A stretch of 64,000 nt of DNA from Patescibacteria group bacterium (GCA_038063815.1 JBBTUJ010000002.1:6511-70510), one strand, 5' to 3'. Numbered from the stretch's first letter, positions 29,237 to 39,343 are shown. Made by a program: numbers and translations. Notes: generated from the sequence alone by a model not told the origin.

Positions 29237-30277
29237 ATGAGTGGTGCCTTGTATCGAAAATACCGCCCCGCAGATTGGAAAAGCGTCAAAGGACAGAGCC
29301 ACATCGTTGCGGTTCTTGAAAAAGCGCTCAAAAACAGGAACATTTCGCACGCATATCTTTTTACCGGAAGCCGCGGAACAGGGAAGACAACTGTTGCGCG
29401 AATCGTTGCGCGAGAAATCGGCACGACGGAGAGAGATCTTTATGAACTTGATGCGGCATCGAACCGAGGCATTGATGATGTTCGTGCGCTTCGTGAAGCG
29501 GTTTATACACTCCCATTCGAATCAAAGTACAAGGTTTACATTATCGACGAGGTGCACATGCTCACCAAAGAAGCGTTCAATGCGCTTTTGAAGACGCTCG
29601 AAGAACCACCGGAGCACGTCGTGTTCATTCTTGCGACAACGGAAATTGAAAAACTTCCTGAGACGATTGTATCGCGTTGCGAAGTGCATACATTCAAACA
29701 ACCGTCGCGCGACATTCTCCGCGAGCATATGGAAGAGATTGCAAAAGAAGAAGGGTATCAACTTGAACCAGCCGCGGCAGATCTCATCGCGCTTCTTGCT
29801 GAAGGATCATTTCGTGACGCGCATGGTGTTCTCCAAAAGATTCTGAATGCGTCATCGGGGAAAAAAGTAAGTGTTGATGATGTAGCTCTTCTCACCGGAG
29901 CACCAAAAGGAACGCTTGTGAACGGGATTATCTCTGCGATTGAGAAGGGAAGCACAGACGAGGCCCTCTCGCATGTTGCGGACGCGTCAAAAGCAAATAT
30001 TGATATGCGCGTGTTTGTAAAACTCATCCTTGAAAAGATGCGCGCAGTGCTTCTTTTGCGTTTTGCCGAGGCACACCTCTTGAAATCACTTGAAGGAGAA
30101 TACACAGAAGAAGACCTCGCGTTCTTAAAAGAATGTGCAAAGAATACTCAACCAAAGATTACTTCATCAGCACTTTCTCGATTTTTAGACGCGTACAGCG
30201 AAACATCTCGTGCAACAATTCCGTCCCTCCCTCTCGAACTTGCGATACTCGATGTGATAGGGAATACTGGCCAGTGA
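29237..30277 (+). CDS. dnaX: DNA polymerase III subunit gamma (short DnaX, no tau extension)
   Basis: YRKYRP, Walker A GSRGTGKTT, DEVHML, SRC motif. Confidence 0.9.
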   Translation: MSGALYRKYRPADWKSVKGQSHIVAVLEKALKNRNISHAYLFTGSRGTGKTTVARIVAREIGTTERDLYELDAASNRGIDDVRALREAVYTLPFESKYKVYIIDEVHMLTKEAFNALLKTLEEPPEHVVFILATTEIEKLPETIVSRCEVHTFKQPSRDILREHMEEIAKEEGYQLEPAAADLIALLAEGSFRDAHGVLQKILNASSGKKVSVDDVALLTGAPKGTLVNGIISAIEKGSTDEALSHVADASKANIDMRVFVKLILEKMRAVLLLRFAEAHLLKSLEGEYTEEDLAFLKECAKNTQPKITSSALSRFLDAYSETSRATIPSLPLELAILDVIGNTGQ

Positions 30278-30291
30278 TACGAGAAGAACAC

Positions 30292-30362
30292 TGCCGGATC
30301 GTCTAATGGTAGGACACCGCCCTTTGGAGGCGGGTATCTTGGTTCGAATCCAAGTCCGGCAA
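30292..30362 (+). tRNA. tRNA-Gln (anticodon TTG)
   Basis: U1-A72 acceptor TGCCGGA/TCCGGCA, anticodon stem CCGCC/GGCGG with loop CTTTGGA, T-arm CTTGG-TTCGAAT-CCAAG. No encoded CCA. Confidence 0.8.
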
Positions 30363-30380
30363 TAACCTTAAAAAAGAAAC

Positions 30381-30902
30381 GTGAAAGTATTACTCACTGG
30401 CGTAGCAGGAACAGGAAAATCGACCCTTACGAAAGCTTTGGCGGCAAGGGGACTTACGGCTATAGATCTCCACGATGTGCCTGAACTCTGTTTCTGGCAA
30501 GATAAGAAAACCAAAGAGAGGGTCGAATATGTTCCTACCACCTCACGGGAGTGGTTCGATACTGTAGACCGTCTTTGCGACATTCACCGGCTGAAAGAGT
30601 TACTTAACCAACAGGACGATATTATTGTGGCTGGCACGGCAGGTGAAAGTCAGAAGGACTATCTTCCGTTGTTCGATAAGGTCATACTCTTACAATGCAG
30701 TTCTAGAGCTGTCATCCATCGCATGCAGACAAGAACAAATAAGTCTGGATACGGAAAAACAAAAGCAGAACAAGACGATAACATCGAATGGCAAAAGGGG
30801 TTTGACCACGATCTCCTTGCGCACGGTGCCATTCCATTGAATACGGAGGGCAGTATTGATGAGACGGTGGATAAAATTGTTGAGATAACAAGGGCGGGTT
30901 AG
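30381..30902 (+). CDS. Small P-loop NTPase, putative nucleoside/nucleotide kinase-like (AAA_33-like)
   Basis: Walker A GVAGTGKST in a 173-aa protein. Sole occupant of the segment between tRNA-Gln and the repeat of its 3-prime end. Confidence 0.55.
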   Translation: MKVLLTGVAGTGKSTLTKALAARGLTAIDLHDVPELCFWQDKKTKERVEYVPTTSREWFDTVDRLCDIHRLKELLNQQDDIIVAGTAGESQKDYLPLFDKVILLQCSSRAVIHRMQTRTNKSGYGKTKAEQDDNIEWQKGFDHDLLAHGAIPLNTEGSIDETVDKIVEITRAG

Positions 30903-30943
30903 TTCGAATCCCTGCCTGCGACAGGCAGGCAAGTCCGGCAATA
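30902..30943 (+). repeat. Direct repeat of the tRNA-Gln 3-prime end (gttcgaatcc + aagtccggcaata), interrupted by a 19-nt palindromic insert; att-like scar
   Basis: Matches 30342-30364 exactly (10 + 13 nt). The insert ctgcctgcgacaggcaggc is self-complementary. Confidence 0.6.
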
Positions 30944-30981
30944 CTCTGGTTTAGTATCGAGATTATAACTATTAATTCCAT

Positions 30982-31479
30982 ATGAACGACTTTGAAAAAG
31001 GAAACCAAAACAACGACCCCAAAACAGGCGCTTCAGCAAAGTTGCATGAAAGGCTTGTTGAGGCGACGAGCAATATTACACGCGATGTTCCGAAGGTGAA
31101 ACGGGAGAACGACTTTTTTGATACCTTAGGTGACAACCTCAAGCGAACGGTTGGCGAAGTTCCGGACACCGAACGCTTGCAAGCTGCTCTCGATAGGGAT
31201 ATGGAGTATATGAGGGACACTGTAAGGCGGTCGGTAAAGAATGCATCTGAAGCACCACTACTCCAAGAAACTGAAATGCTTTCCCTTCAGATAAAGGTCG
31301 GGAAAGAAGCTGTGGCGATGGAGGTACCTATCGGAACGAGTGAGGATGACATAGAAAGAATCGTTCTAGAAAACGAGGCCGTCAAGGCGCTCGTAGGTGG
31401 AAAAAGCATTAAAAAGTTCTATCTCAAGAAGCGTTTGAAAGAAGGCACGGTGCACATCTTTTTAAGTGAAACTGAATAA
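30982..31479 (+). CDS. Hypothetical protein, 165 aa
   Basis: Charged and soluble. No recognisable domain. Confidence 0.45.
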   Translation: MNDFEKGNQNNDPKTGASAKLHERLVEATSNITRDVPKVKRENDFFDTLGDNLKRTVGEVPDTERLQAALDRDMEYMRDTVRRSVKNASEAPLLQETEMLSLQIKVGKEAVAMEVPIGTSEDDIERIVLENEAVKALVGGKSIKKFYLKKRLKEGTVHIFLSETE

Positions 31480-31518
31480 AAGTTGTTCCAACATCGTCTC
31501 CTCACAGCCAACTAATAT

Positions 31519-32127
31519 ATGAATAACGAAGCAGACTTAAAATCAATCTTCAACTTCCTAAAAACTGCGCGCGAACTACAGCATGTGGAAAGGGCTACAC
31601 CGCATCCAAATGGAAGACAGGAGAACGACGCTGAACATTCTTGGGCGGTCGCACTTGCGTGTGTCCTTGTGGCATCAAGACTTTCAAAAGAATTCGGCGT
31701 GGCTTTAGATCAGACAAAAATGCTCAAAATGGCACTTATTCATGACTTGGCCGAGGTAGGAACGGGTGACACAAAAACGTGGGATGACGCATCAAGGGTA
31801 AACAAAGAAGAAAAAGAGCGCGAGGTAATGCAAAACATGATCAAATCTTTACCCCAAGACGTCGCCGATGAAATATCTTCGCTTTGGGAAGAGTGCGAGA
31901 AGAAAGAAACTCTCGAGGCACAAATAGTCAAATCTATTGATCGGTTTGATCCCGTCATTCACCGTACTGCGTTTGGGGTGGGGTGGAAAGGGATAGACGA
32001 AGAACATGCATCAATAACGGCGGTGGACTCACGCCAAGAGCCGAGGCACTCTTTCTCAAAGACCTTGACGAGACTGTATGAGATTATTCGTCTCGAAGCG
32101 GATTCAAAAGGGGTATTTAAAGCATAA
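31519..32127 (+). CDS. HD-domain phosphohydrolase, YfbR-like 5-prime-deoxynucleotidase family
   Basis: H...HD...D metal ligands (AEHSWAVA ... LIHDLAEVGTGD ... D). Confidence 0.7.
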   Translation: MNNEADLKSIFNFLKTARELQHVERATPHPNGRQENDAEHSWAVALACVLVASRLSKEFGVALDQTKMLKMALIHDLAEVGTGDTKTWDDASRVNKEEKEREVMQNMIKSLPQDVADEISSLWEECEKKETLEAQIVKSIDRFDPVIHRTAFGVGWKGIDEEHASITAVDSRQEPRHSFSKTLTRLYEIIRLEADSKGVFKA

Positions 32128-32173
32128 TCCTGTTCCAGCATCGTCTCACACAGTCAATACCAACTGAGTAATC

Positions 32174-32899
32174 ATGAATGACTTATATAAAAACGACTTT
32201 GAATTTTTTCTTGCTCACACAAGCGAAAAGCAAATTTTGGGTGAAGAAATCTTGAAAGATATACAGAGATTTAACGTAGAATCGCTACTTGATATAGGAG
32301 CGGGAAACGGATTGCTAAGCATACCGCTTTCAAAAAGTGTAAAAAGATATCTCGCTGTTGAACCTACGGAGAAGTTCGCGGGTCGCCTTAAGAAGGCGGG
32401 GTTGGAGGTAATCTGCAGTACATTTCCGGTCCGTATAGACGGTCAGTTTGACATGGTGCTTTCCTCCCATGTTATTTCCTATCGTCAAAAGTATTTTAGA
32501 TCTTTTATACGAAGGGCTTGGAAATTGGTAAAACCAGGAGGCGTTTTCCTCCTTGTCACTTTCCGTGGGCAGGGTGACGACTGGGATACTTTCACCAAAT
32601 CACTAGGTGAAGATCGCTCAGTTAAACGTCAAGGTAGATTGGATGATATTCTTGAATTACTCCGGTCTCTTGGAGAGGTACAGATTCGCAAGGTGGTAAC
32701 GCATGTTAGGTCTAAGAGTCTTGACGACATGATTACCGCCCTCTCATTCGTCTATAGCAACGGTTTTGCTGAAGACAAGAACTCTTTTATGAAGAAATCG
32801 GAGACAGTTAAAAATATACTTACATCGAAGTACAAATCGGGTACGCAATACGTTTTTCCCTTCCAGCACCTTTTTGTATATGGCTTAAAGAAAGGGTAG
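32174..32899 (+). CDS. Class I SAM-dependent methyltransferase
   Basis: Motif I LDIGAGNG and motif post-I acidic residue. Confidence 0.7.
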   Translation: MNDLYKNDFEFFLAHTSEKQILGEEILKDIQRFNVESLLDIGAGNGLLSIPLSKSVKRYLAVEPTEKFAGRLKKAGLEVICSTFPVRIDGQFDMVLSSHVISYRQKYFRSFIRRAWKLVKPGGVFLLVTFRGQGDDWDTFTKSLGEDRSVKRQGRLDDILELLRSLGEVQIRKVVTHVRSKSLDDMITALSFVYSNGFAEDKNSFMKKSETVKNILTSKYKSGTQYVFPFQHLFVYGLKKG

Positions 32900-32978
32900 G
32901 AGGGAACGGGGTTAGGTTGTGGTGATTCCTCCTTGGGGCGCTCTTGACTCATTTTAATTTGTGCTAAAATAGGAGGAT

Positions 32979-33863
32979 ATGAAAAAAATAATCATTGCAG
33001 TTATTGTCATTATTCTAATCGGTCTTGGTATTTACGTTATGAGCACCCGTACGGCGGACGCACCTGCTGATAAGGCAACAACAACGCCCGTAACAACAAC
33101 GGTGGCTACCACTACGGTTTCTGACGAAACATCAATTGGTCTGTCAAAAGAAGGGCGTAAGATCGAGATTGCTCACTACGGCGAAGGAGACAAAGAGGTG
33201 CTTTTTGTCGGAGGTATTCACGGTGGCTACGAGTGGAACACAGTGCTCGTTGCGTATGAGCTGATGGATTTCTTGGAAGACAATCCAAACGAAATTCCTG
33301 CGGGCGTGAAAGTGTCGGTGATTCCAGTTTTGAACCCTGACGGCTTGAACAAAGTTGTCGGCACATCGGGTCGCTTCGAAGCATCCGATGTTCCTTCGGA
33401 CGCAAAGGCAACAGTTCCAGGCCGGTTTAATGCAAACAACGTTGACCTTAATCGCAATTTCGACTGCGATTGGCAGGCATCGGGCGTGTGGCAACAGACA
33501 ACTGTTAGTGGTGGTGCGTCGGCATTCTCCGAGCCGGAGAGTCAGGCAATGCGAGATTACGTTACCAAGAATGACCCAGATGCGGTTGTTGTTTGGTACA
33601 GTGCGGCAGGTGGTGTATTTGCATCAAGCTGTCACGATGGCGTTTTGCCAGCAACACTCAACCTTACCAACACATACGCACAGGCATCTGGCTATCCTGC
33701 ATATGAAGAATTTGATTTTTACGAGATCACTGGTGACATGGTCAACTGGCTCGCAAAAGAAAAGATTCCTGCAATCAGCGTACTTCTCACCAATCACACA
33801 AGCACCGAATGGGAAAAGAACTGGAAGGGTATTGATGCGCTCTTGGAATCAATCGTAGAGTAA
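32979..33863 (+). CDS. M14-family zinc carboxypeptidase (gamma-D-Glu-mDAP peptidase-like), membrane anchored, paralog 1
   Basis: Zinc ligands HGGYEWN, NPDG, DLNRNF, SFSEPES and C-terminal H. N-terminal TM plus Thr-rich linker. Confidence 0.7.
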   Translation: MKKIIIAVIVIILIGLGIYVMSTRTADAPADKATTTPVTTTVATTTVSDETSIGLSKEGRKIEIAHYGEGDKEVLFVGGIHGGYEWNTVLVAYELMDFLEDNPNEIPAGVKVSVIPVLNPDGLNKVVGTSGRFEASDVPSDAKATVPGRFNANNVDLNRNFDCDWQASGVWQQTTVSGGASAFSEPESQAMRDYVTKNDPDAVVVWYSAAGGVFASSCHDGVLPATLNLTNTYAQASGYPAYEEFDFYEITGDMVNWLAKEKIPAISVLLTNHTSTEWEKNWKGIDALLESIVE

Positions 33864-34726
33864 TGCGACCGTTTCTCAAAAAGATCCTTTTTGGAGTCGT
33901 CGTACTCTGTGTCGTCGCTCTCGGCGTGTTCTTTGTCTTGCGCAAAGATACAGAAATACCTGTGCCAGTGGACACCACTGTGCCCGAGTTCACATCAGTC
34001 GTAATCGGCACATCGGTACAGGGCCGTTCGATTGAGGCAATATCGTACGGCACGGGGGACACACACCTCCTGTTTGTCGGAGGCATTCACGGCGGATACG
34101 AGTGGAACAGCGTTCTGCTTGCGTATGAAATGATGGATTATCTTGAGCTTCATCCCGAACTCATTCCAGAAAATCTCACCGTAACGATTGTTCCATCTGC
34201 AAATCCAGACGGCGTATTCAAGGTTGTTGGCAAAGAGGGAAGATTTGCGCGCGCGGATGTTCCAGATGGAGATGATTCTCCCGGGCGATTTAACGCAAAC
34301 AATGTAGACCTTAATCGCAATTTTGATTGCAAGTGGAAGCCCGAGAGCATGTGGCGTGGTGATGTTGTTTCGGCGGGAACATCCGCATTCTCCGAGCCAG
34401 AGGCGCGCGCACTTCGCGACTTTGTGTTGGCAAATGACCCAGCCATTGTTGTCTTTTGGCATAGCCAATCAAACGCTGTCTATGCATCTGAATGCAAGGG
34501 TGGGATTTTGCCAGAGACACGCACGCTCATGAACCTCTATGCAAGTTCAGCCGGATATTCTGCGGTCGACACGTTCGACAGCTACGAAATCACTGGGGAC
34601 GCCGAAGGATGGCTCGCGTCCATCAACATTCCTGCAATTACCGTTGAGCTCTCGACACACGAAACAACAGAGTGGGAGAAAAATCTTGCGGGCATGAAGG
34701 CGCTTCTTACTCAATACGCAAGATAA
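33863..34726 (+). CDS. M14-family zinc carboxypeptidase, paralog 2 (start overlaps the previous stop)
   Basis: Same motif set (HGGYEWN, NPDG, DLNRNF, SFSEPEA). Tandem duplicate. Confidence 0.7.
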   Translation: MRPFLKKILFGVVVLCVVALGVFFVLRKDTEIPVPVDTTVPEFTSVVIGTSVQGRSIEAISYGTGDTHLLFVGGIHGGYEWNSVLLAYEMMDYLELHPELIPENLTVTIVPSANPDGVFKVVGKEGRFARADVPDGDDSPGRFNANNVDLNRNFDCKWKPESMWRGDVVSAGTSAFSEPEARALRDFVLANDPAIVVFWHSQSNAVYASECKGGILPETRTLMNLYASSAGYSAVDTFDSYEITGDAEGWLASINIPAITVELSTHETTEWEKNLAGMKALLTQYAR

Positions 34727-34753
34727 TTCTCTGGTACTATAGAACCTATACAT

Positions 34754-35641
34754 ATGAGCGAACCACATCTTACGAATAAAAAAGGTAGTGTGAGTGCGCC
34801 TCTTGTTGTTGCGCTTGTGATTGTTGGCGTCGCTGGGGCTGGGATTTTGTTCTTCCAATTAACCAACACAAAGTCGGCGCTTTCTCAGGCAGTAAAAAGC
34901 AAAAACGAGCTCCAGACGCAGTTTTCGGCCAAAGAAGAAGAAAATCGCGTTCTATCGGAGGCACTGTATTCTGAACAGCAAAAAAACAAAGATTTGGAAG
35001 AAGATCTTGACGATGTTGAGGATGAGGTCAACATGTTTGAGAAATTGAGCCGGCTCGACCCCGAGCTTCTCCAAAAATATTCAAAAGTATTTTTTTTGAA
35101 CGAACACTATAAGCCGGCAGATTTTACAGTAATTGATTCAAAATATCGCTACCCTGAAGACGAAGCGCTCTCCGTCCACAAACGGGTCTGGCCTTTTTTG
35201 GAAGATCTTCTTGAGGAAGCAAAGGATGACAAAATTGATCTCCGGATTGCTTCGGCGTTTCGTTCGTTTTCCGAGCAGACATCGCTCAAGTCGCAATATT
35301 CGGTGGTATACGGAGCAGGAAGCGCAAATCAATTCTCTGCCGATCAGGGATATTCTGAACACCAGTTGGGAACGACGGTTGACTTCACCACGGTTGCAAC
35401 AGGAGGCGCGCTTGACGGGTTTAACACAACACCAACGTACAAATGGCTTCTTTCTAACGCGTATAAATATGGATTTGTACTCTCATATCCAGAAGGCAAT
35501 GCATACTATGTGTTTGAACCATGGCACTGGCGCTTTGTGGGGAAAGATCTTGCGGCAGACCTGCGCAAAAAGAAAATTGGGTTTTACGATATGGACCAGC
35601 GCGACATAGATGAATATCTGATTAGTATCTTTGATAAATAG
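34754..35641 (+). CDS. D-alanyl-D-alanine carboxypeptidase, VanY/M15B family, with TM anchor and coiled-coil stalk
   Basis: SAFRSFSEQ, SEHQLGTTVD, EPWHWRFVG. Confidence 0.75.
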   Translation: MSEPHLTNKKGSVSAPLVVALVIVGVAGAGILFFQLTNTKSALSQAVKSKNELQTQFSAKEEENRVLSEALYSEQQKNKDLEEDLDDVEDEVNMFEKLSRLDPELLQKYSKVFFLNEHYKPADFTVIDSKYRYPEDEALSVHKRVWPFLEDLLEEAKDDKIDLRIASAFRSFSEQTSLKSQYSVVYGAGSANQFSADQGYSEHQLGTTVDFTTVATGGALDGFNTTPTYKWLLSNAYKYGFVLSYPEGNAYYVFEPWHWRFVGKDLAADLRKKKIGFYDMDQRDIDEYLISIFDK

Positions 35642-35727
35642 TAAAAAGATTTGGATTCCAGAATAACAGTTCCAACCTCACGGATTCAGAGTTCAAAACG
35701 AGAGGATTATTTTGCTATACTTCAGTC

Positions 35728-36642
35728 ATGATTCCTCAGTTTGTAGAAATTAAAACAGGAGATGGACTGGCACTTCCCGGACTTCTTTACACCTCTTCAA
35801 AATCAAAGTCACTTGCTATCTTTTTGCACGGTAATGGTAGTACTTCAGTTTTCTACGATGGAAATGAAAATCGTATATTTGCGGATGCATTAGCGAAGAA
35901 AGGAATCTCTACGCTCTTCTTCAACAATCGAGGTGCACACATTATCAAGAAACTCAATGTGCAGAAGGGAAAAAAGAAAGATCGCAAAGCATTTGGAATG
36001 GCTCATGAGAAGATCAGGGGGTGTATAGAAGATATCGACGGTGCGGTAGCATTTGGAAAGAAGCGGGGATTCAAAAGTTTTTACCTCATTGGGCTCTCAA
36101 CTGGGGCTAACAAAATTTGTGTTTATAACTACTACAAACCACGAAATCAGATACGTAAATACGCAATCATTTGTGGAAGTGATGACACGGGTATTTATTA
36201 TCACCAGCTTGGGAAGGCAAAATTTTGGAAATTACTCAAATTGTCAAAACAACGAATTGTTCTAAAAAAGGGTGACGAGTTGATGCCCGAACTTTTACCT
36301 AACGAAATATTTTCGAATACTGGCTTCCGTGATATTGCCAATCCAGACGGTGACTACAACGTTTTTCCATTTTATGAGGTACTGCAGAAAGTGAAACTAT
36401 CGAAGAAGCCGCTTTTTCGACACTTTAAGTCGATTAAAAAACCCTCTTTGGTGGTATACGGAGGTAAAGATGAATACGCGTGGGGTGATGTTTCTAAGGT
36501 GGTTGAGATTCTGAAATCAAAACAACCCAATTTCGAATATAAAATAATCAAAGGAGCCAACCATGGTTTTGTTGGATACGAACATTCTTTGGCAACAACA
36601 ATAGCAAGTTGGTTGAGTCAACTACAATTAAGATCCAAGTAG
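35728..36642 (+). CDS. Alpha/beta-hydrolase-fold protein
   Basis: GLSTG nucleophile elbow and a C-terminal His. Markedly AT-rich (~38% GC) compared with neighbours. Confidence 0.6.
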   Translation: MIPQFVEIKTGDGLALPGLLYTSSKSKSLAIFLHGNGSTSVFYDGNENRIFADALAKKGISTLFFNNRGAHIIKKLNVQKGKKKDRKAFGMAHEKIRGCIEDIDGAVAFGKKRGFKSFYLIGLSTGANKICVYNYYKPRNQIRKYAIICGSDDTGIYYHQLGKAKFWKLLKLSKQRIVLKKGDELMPELLPNEIFSNTGFRDIANPDGDYNVFPFYEVLQKVKLSKKPLFRHFKSIKKPSLVVYGGKDEYAWGDVSKVVEILKSKQPNFEYKIIKGANHGFVGYEHSLATTIASWLSQLQLRSK

Positions 36643-36674
36643 AGAGATGCTGTTTTGGTCCCAAAAAGGGATAC

Positions 36675-39299
36675 ATGCAAAACGATATGCTTACCAAAGA
36701 AATACAAAATCGACCGTTCTGGTCTTTGTCTCTCGAGGACACTGCATTGATGCTCCGCACGGACCCGAAACGGGGACTTTCCGAAAAAGAGGCAACTGCG
36801 CGTCTTTTGATCTTCGATGAGAATGTTATCGAACGTGCAAAGGTAACGCCATGGGTCCGCATACTTCTCAACCAATTCAAGAGTCCGCTCATCATACTTC
36901 TTGTCGTTGCGGGTGGTGTCACACTTTTTATACATCACGTTCGTGACGCGGGGTTCATCTTTGCCGCGGTTATCGTTAACGCGGCACTTGGTTTCTATCA
37001 GGAGCATAAGGCCGAACGAGCGCTCGCTGAATTGAGAACGTATCTCCGACAGCGTGCCCGTGTCGTCCGAGATGGAGTCGAGCGTGAGATTGATGCGGCG
37101 CATCTTGTTCCCGGTGACGTGATACGCCTGTCACAAGGCGATCGTGTTCCTGCGGACGGACGTCTGGTCTATGTGAACGATGTGCAGATTGACGAATCCA
37201 TTCTGACGGGTGAGTCACTCCCTGTTTCAAAGACGCACGATCCCGTTGTTCCGGACGCTGTTCTTGGTGATCAGAGGTCTATTACGCTCGCGGGAACACT
37301 GGTCACTCAGGGTGTCGCCACCGCGCTCGTCTGCCGCACGGGGTTTGCGACTGAATTGGGAAAGATTGCGGAGTTGGTTAGTGCCGCGCAGCGCGAAGAA
37401 ACACCGCTTCAGGGCGCTATCAGACGTTTTAGCATGCATGCCGGCATCGTACTTGGCGTGCTCACAATCATTATTTTTGGTGTCGGTGTGTCGTTCGGCT
37501 ATTCACACGCCGAGATGTTCCTCATGGCTGTCGCAATCGCTGTGTCGGCTGTGCCGGAAGGACTGCCTGTGGCGATGACGGTCATCTTGGCAATCGGAGT
37601 TGAACGCATGGCAAAGCGTAAGGGCGTTGTGAGAAGGCTCGTAGCTGCCGAAGCGCTTGGAGATACGACGCTCATTCTCACGGACAAGACGGGGACTCTG
37701 ACGATGGGACAGATGGAACTTCGCTCGCTCATGCCTGCCTCCGGGACGAGCGAGGAGGAACTTCTTTCACTCGCGCTCATGAATACGAATGTGAACGTCG
37801 AGAATCCGAATGATCCGCCGCAGGAATGGCGCATGACGGGACGCACGCTTGAACTGTCACTTGTCCGCTCAGCGGGGGTGCGTGGTGTGCGAGTTGGAGA
37901 TGTCAAAGAGGGTGTGTCTATTGTCCGGTCCTTGCCGTTTAACGCGGTCAATAAGTTTTCTGCGTCTCTTGTGGATGAGAATGGAGAACACACGCTCATA
38001 TTCCTGGGCGCGCCCGACGTGCTCATCAAGCGCTCGACACTCTCCACCGAGAAGCGTGATGCAATGCTCGCGTCGGTTGACGCGCTCGCGCGCTCGGGCG
38101 AACTTGTCCTCGGTGTTGCGGAAAAAAAGATTGGGAAGAAAAAAGATTTTGATTTTACAAAGGACCTCATGTTCGATGATGTGGTGATGCGTGGTGTTCT
38201 CACGCTCCGCGACACTGTTCGTCCAAGTGTAAAGGATGCAATCGCAAAGGTCAGATCGGCGGGGATACGGGTTGTCATCATGTCGGGAGATCATCGTGGG
38301 ACGGTCGAGGCCGTAGCGCGTGAGGTTGGTATTGAAGTCGGCACGGAAAGCGTCCTCGATGCCTCTGAATTGCAGGCGCTTCCTGACAAAGGGCTCCGTG
38401 CGCGATTGTCAGCACTCTCCGTTATTTCACGGGTGTCTCCTCTCGATAAATTGCGAGTTCTCACGGCGTTCCAGGAAGCGGGAGAGATTGTTGCGATGAC
38501 AGGGGACGGGGTCAATGACGCACCGAGCGTGAGACAAGCCGATGTCGGCATTGCCATGGGATCGGGAACAGAAGTGACACGCGATGTTGCTGACCTTGTT
38601 TTGCTCGATGACAACTTCGAGACAATTGCTGCCGCCGTTGAAGAGGGTAGGCAGATTTTGGGGAATATTCGCAAGGTCCTTGTGTATCTCCTCTCGGGTG
38701 TTCTTGATGGACTTATCCTTATCGGCGGGGCGCTCTTGACTGGGACTGCGCTTCCTTTGAATGCGCTCCAGATTCTCTGGGTCAACTTCTTCTCGGACAG
38801 TTTTCCCGCGATTGCGTTCGCGTTCGAGAAAGACGGCAGCGTGTCGCTGGTGAGGCACGCACGCGGCCGCATTGAGCTCTTCAGCCCGGTCATGAGATAT
38901 CTCATCCTTTTTATCGGTATCTCGACAAGCGTGCTTCTCTTTGCGCTCTATTGGTTTCTTCTCCGCGCGGGATTTTCAGAGGGTTTGGTTCGGACATTCA
39001 CCTTTGCGAGTTTTGGGACGTATTCGCTCTTTCTCGCATTTGCTGTGAGGAGTTTGGAGAAAAGCATTTTTGAATATCCTCTTTTTTCGAATAGATATCT
39101 CGTTTCCGGCGTGGGTATTGGTATTGTTCTCATGCTTGCGGCGGTATATGTTCCGTTCCTCCAAACGCTCTTTGACACGGTACCATTGCCTCTCCCGTGG
39201 CTTCTCGGCGTTGTCGGTGTTGGTATTTTAAATATCGTTCTCATCGAGAGTGGGAAGTGGCTTTTCCGGCGCAGAGATCGTTTGGCGCCGAGCCTTTAG
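36675..39299 (+). CDS. Cation-transporting P-type ATPase (P2-type, Ca2+/Mg2+-like)
   Basis: TGES, DKTGTLT, TGDGVNDAPS and about 10 TM helices. Start moved to the ATG at 36675 (MQNDML). Confidence 0.85.
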   Translation: MQNDMLTKEIQNRPFWSLSLEDTALMLRTDPKRGLSEKEATARLLIFDENVIERAKVTPWVRILLNQFKSPLIILLVVAGGVTLFIHHVRDAGFIFAAVIVNAALGFYQEHKAERALAELRTYLRQRARVVRDGVEREIDAAHLVPGDVIRLSQGDRVPADGRLVYVNDVQIDESILTGESLPVSKTHDPVVPDAVLGDQRSITLAGTLVTQGVATALVCRTGFATELGKIAELVSAAQREETPLQGAIRRFSMHAGIVLGVLTIIIFGVGVSFGYSHAEMFLMAVAIAVSAVPEGLPVAMTVILAIGVERMAKRKGVVRRLVAAEALGDTTLILTDKTGTLTMGQMELRSLMPASGTSEEELLSLALMNTNVNVENPNDPPQEWRMTGRTLELSLVRSAGVRGVRVGDVKEGVSIVRSLPFNAVNKFSASLVDENGEHTLIFLGAPDVLIKRSTLSTEKRDAMLASVDALARSGELVLGVAEKKIGKKKDFDFTKDLMFDDVVMRGVLTLRDTVRPSVKDAIAKVRSAGIRVVIMSGDHRGTVEAVAREVGIEVGTESVLDASELQALPDKGLRARLSALSVISRVSPLDKLRVLTAFQEAGEIVAMTGDGVNDAPSVRQADVGIAMGSGTEVTRDVADLVLLDDNFETIAAAVEEGRQILGNIRKVLVYLLSGVLDGLILIGGALLTGTALPLNALQILWVNFFSDSFPAIAFAFEKDGSVSLVRHARGRIELFSPVMRYLILFIGISTSVLLFALYWFLLRAGFSEGLVRTFTFASFGTYSLFLAFAVRSLEKSIFEYPLFSNRYLVSGVGIGIVLMLAAVYVPFLQTLFDTVPLPLPWLLGVVGVGILNIVLIESGKWLFRRRDRLAPSL

Positions 39300-39343
39300 T
39301 GGGGTGATATTATAGAAAGCACGAATGAAATCTCACACATACT

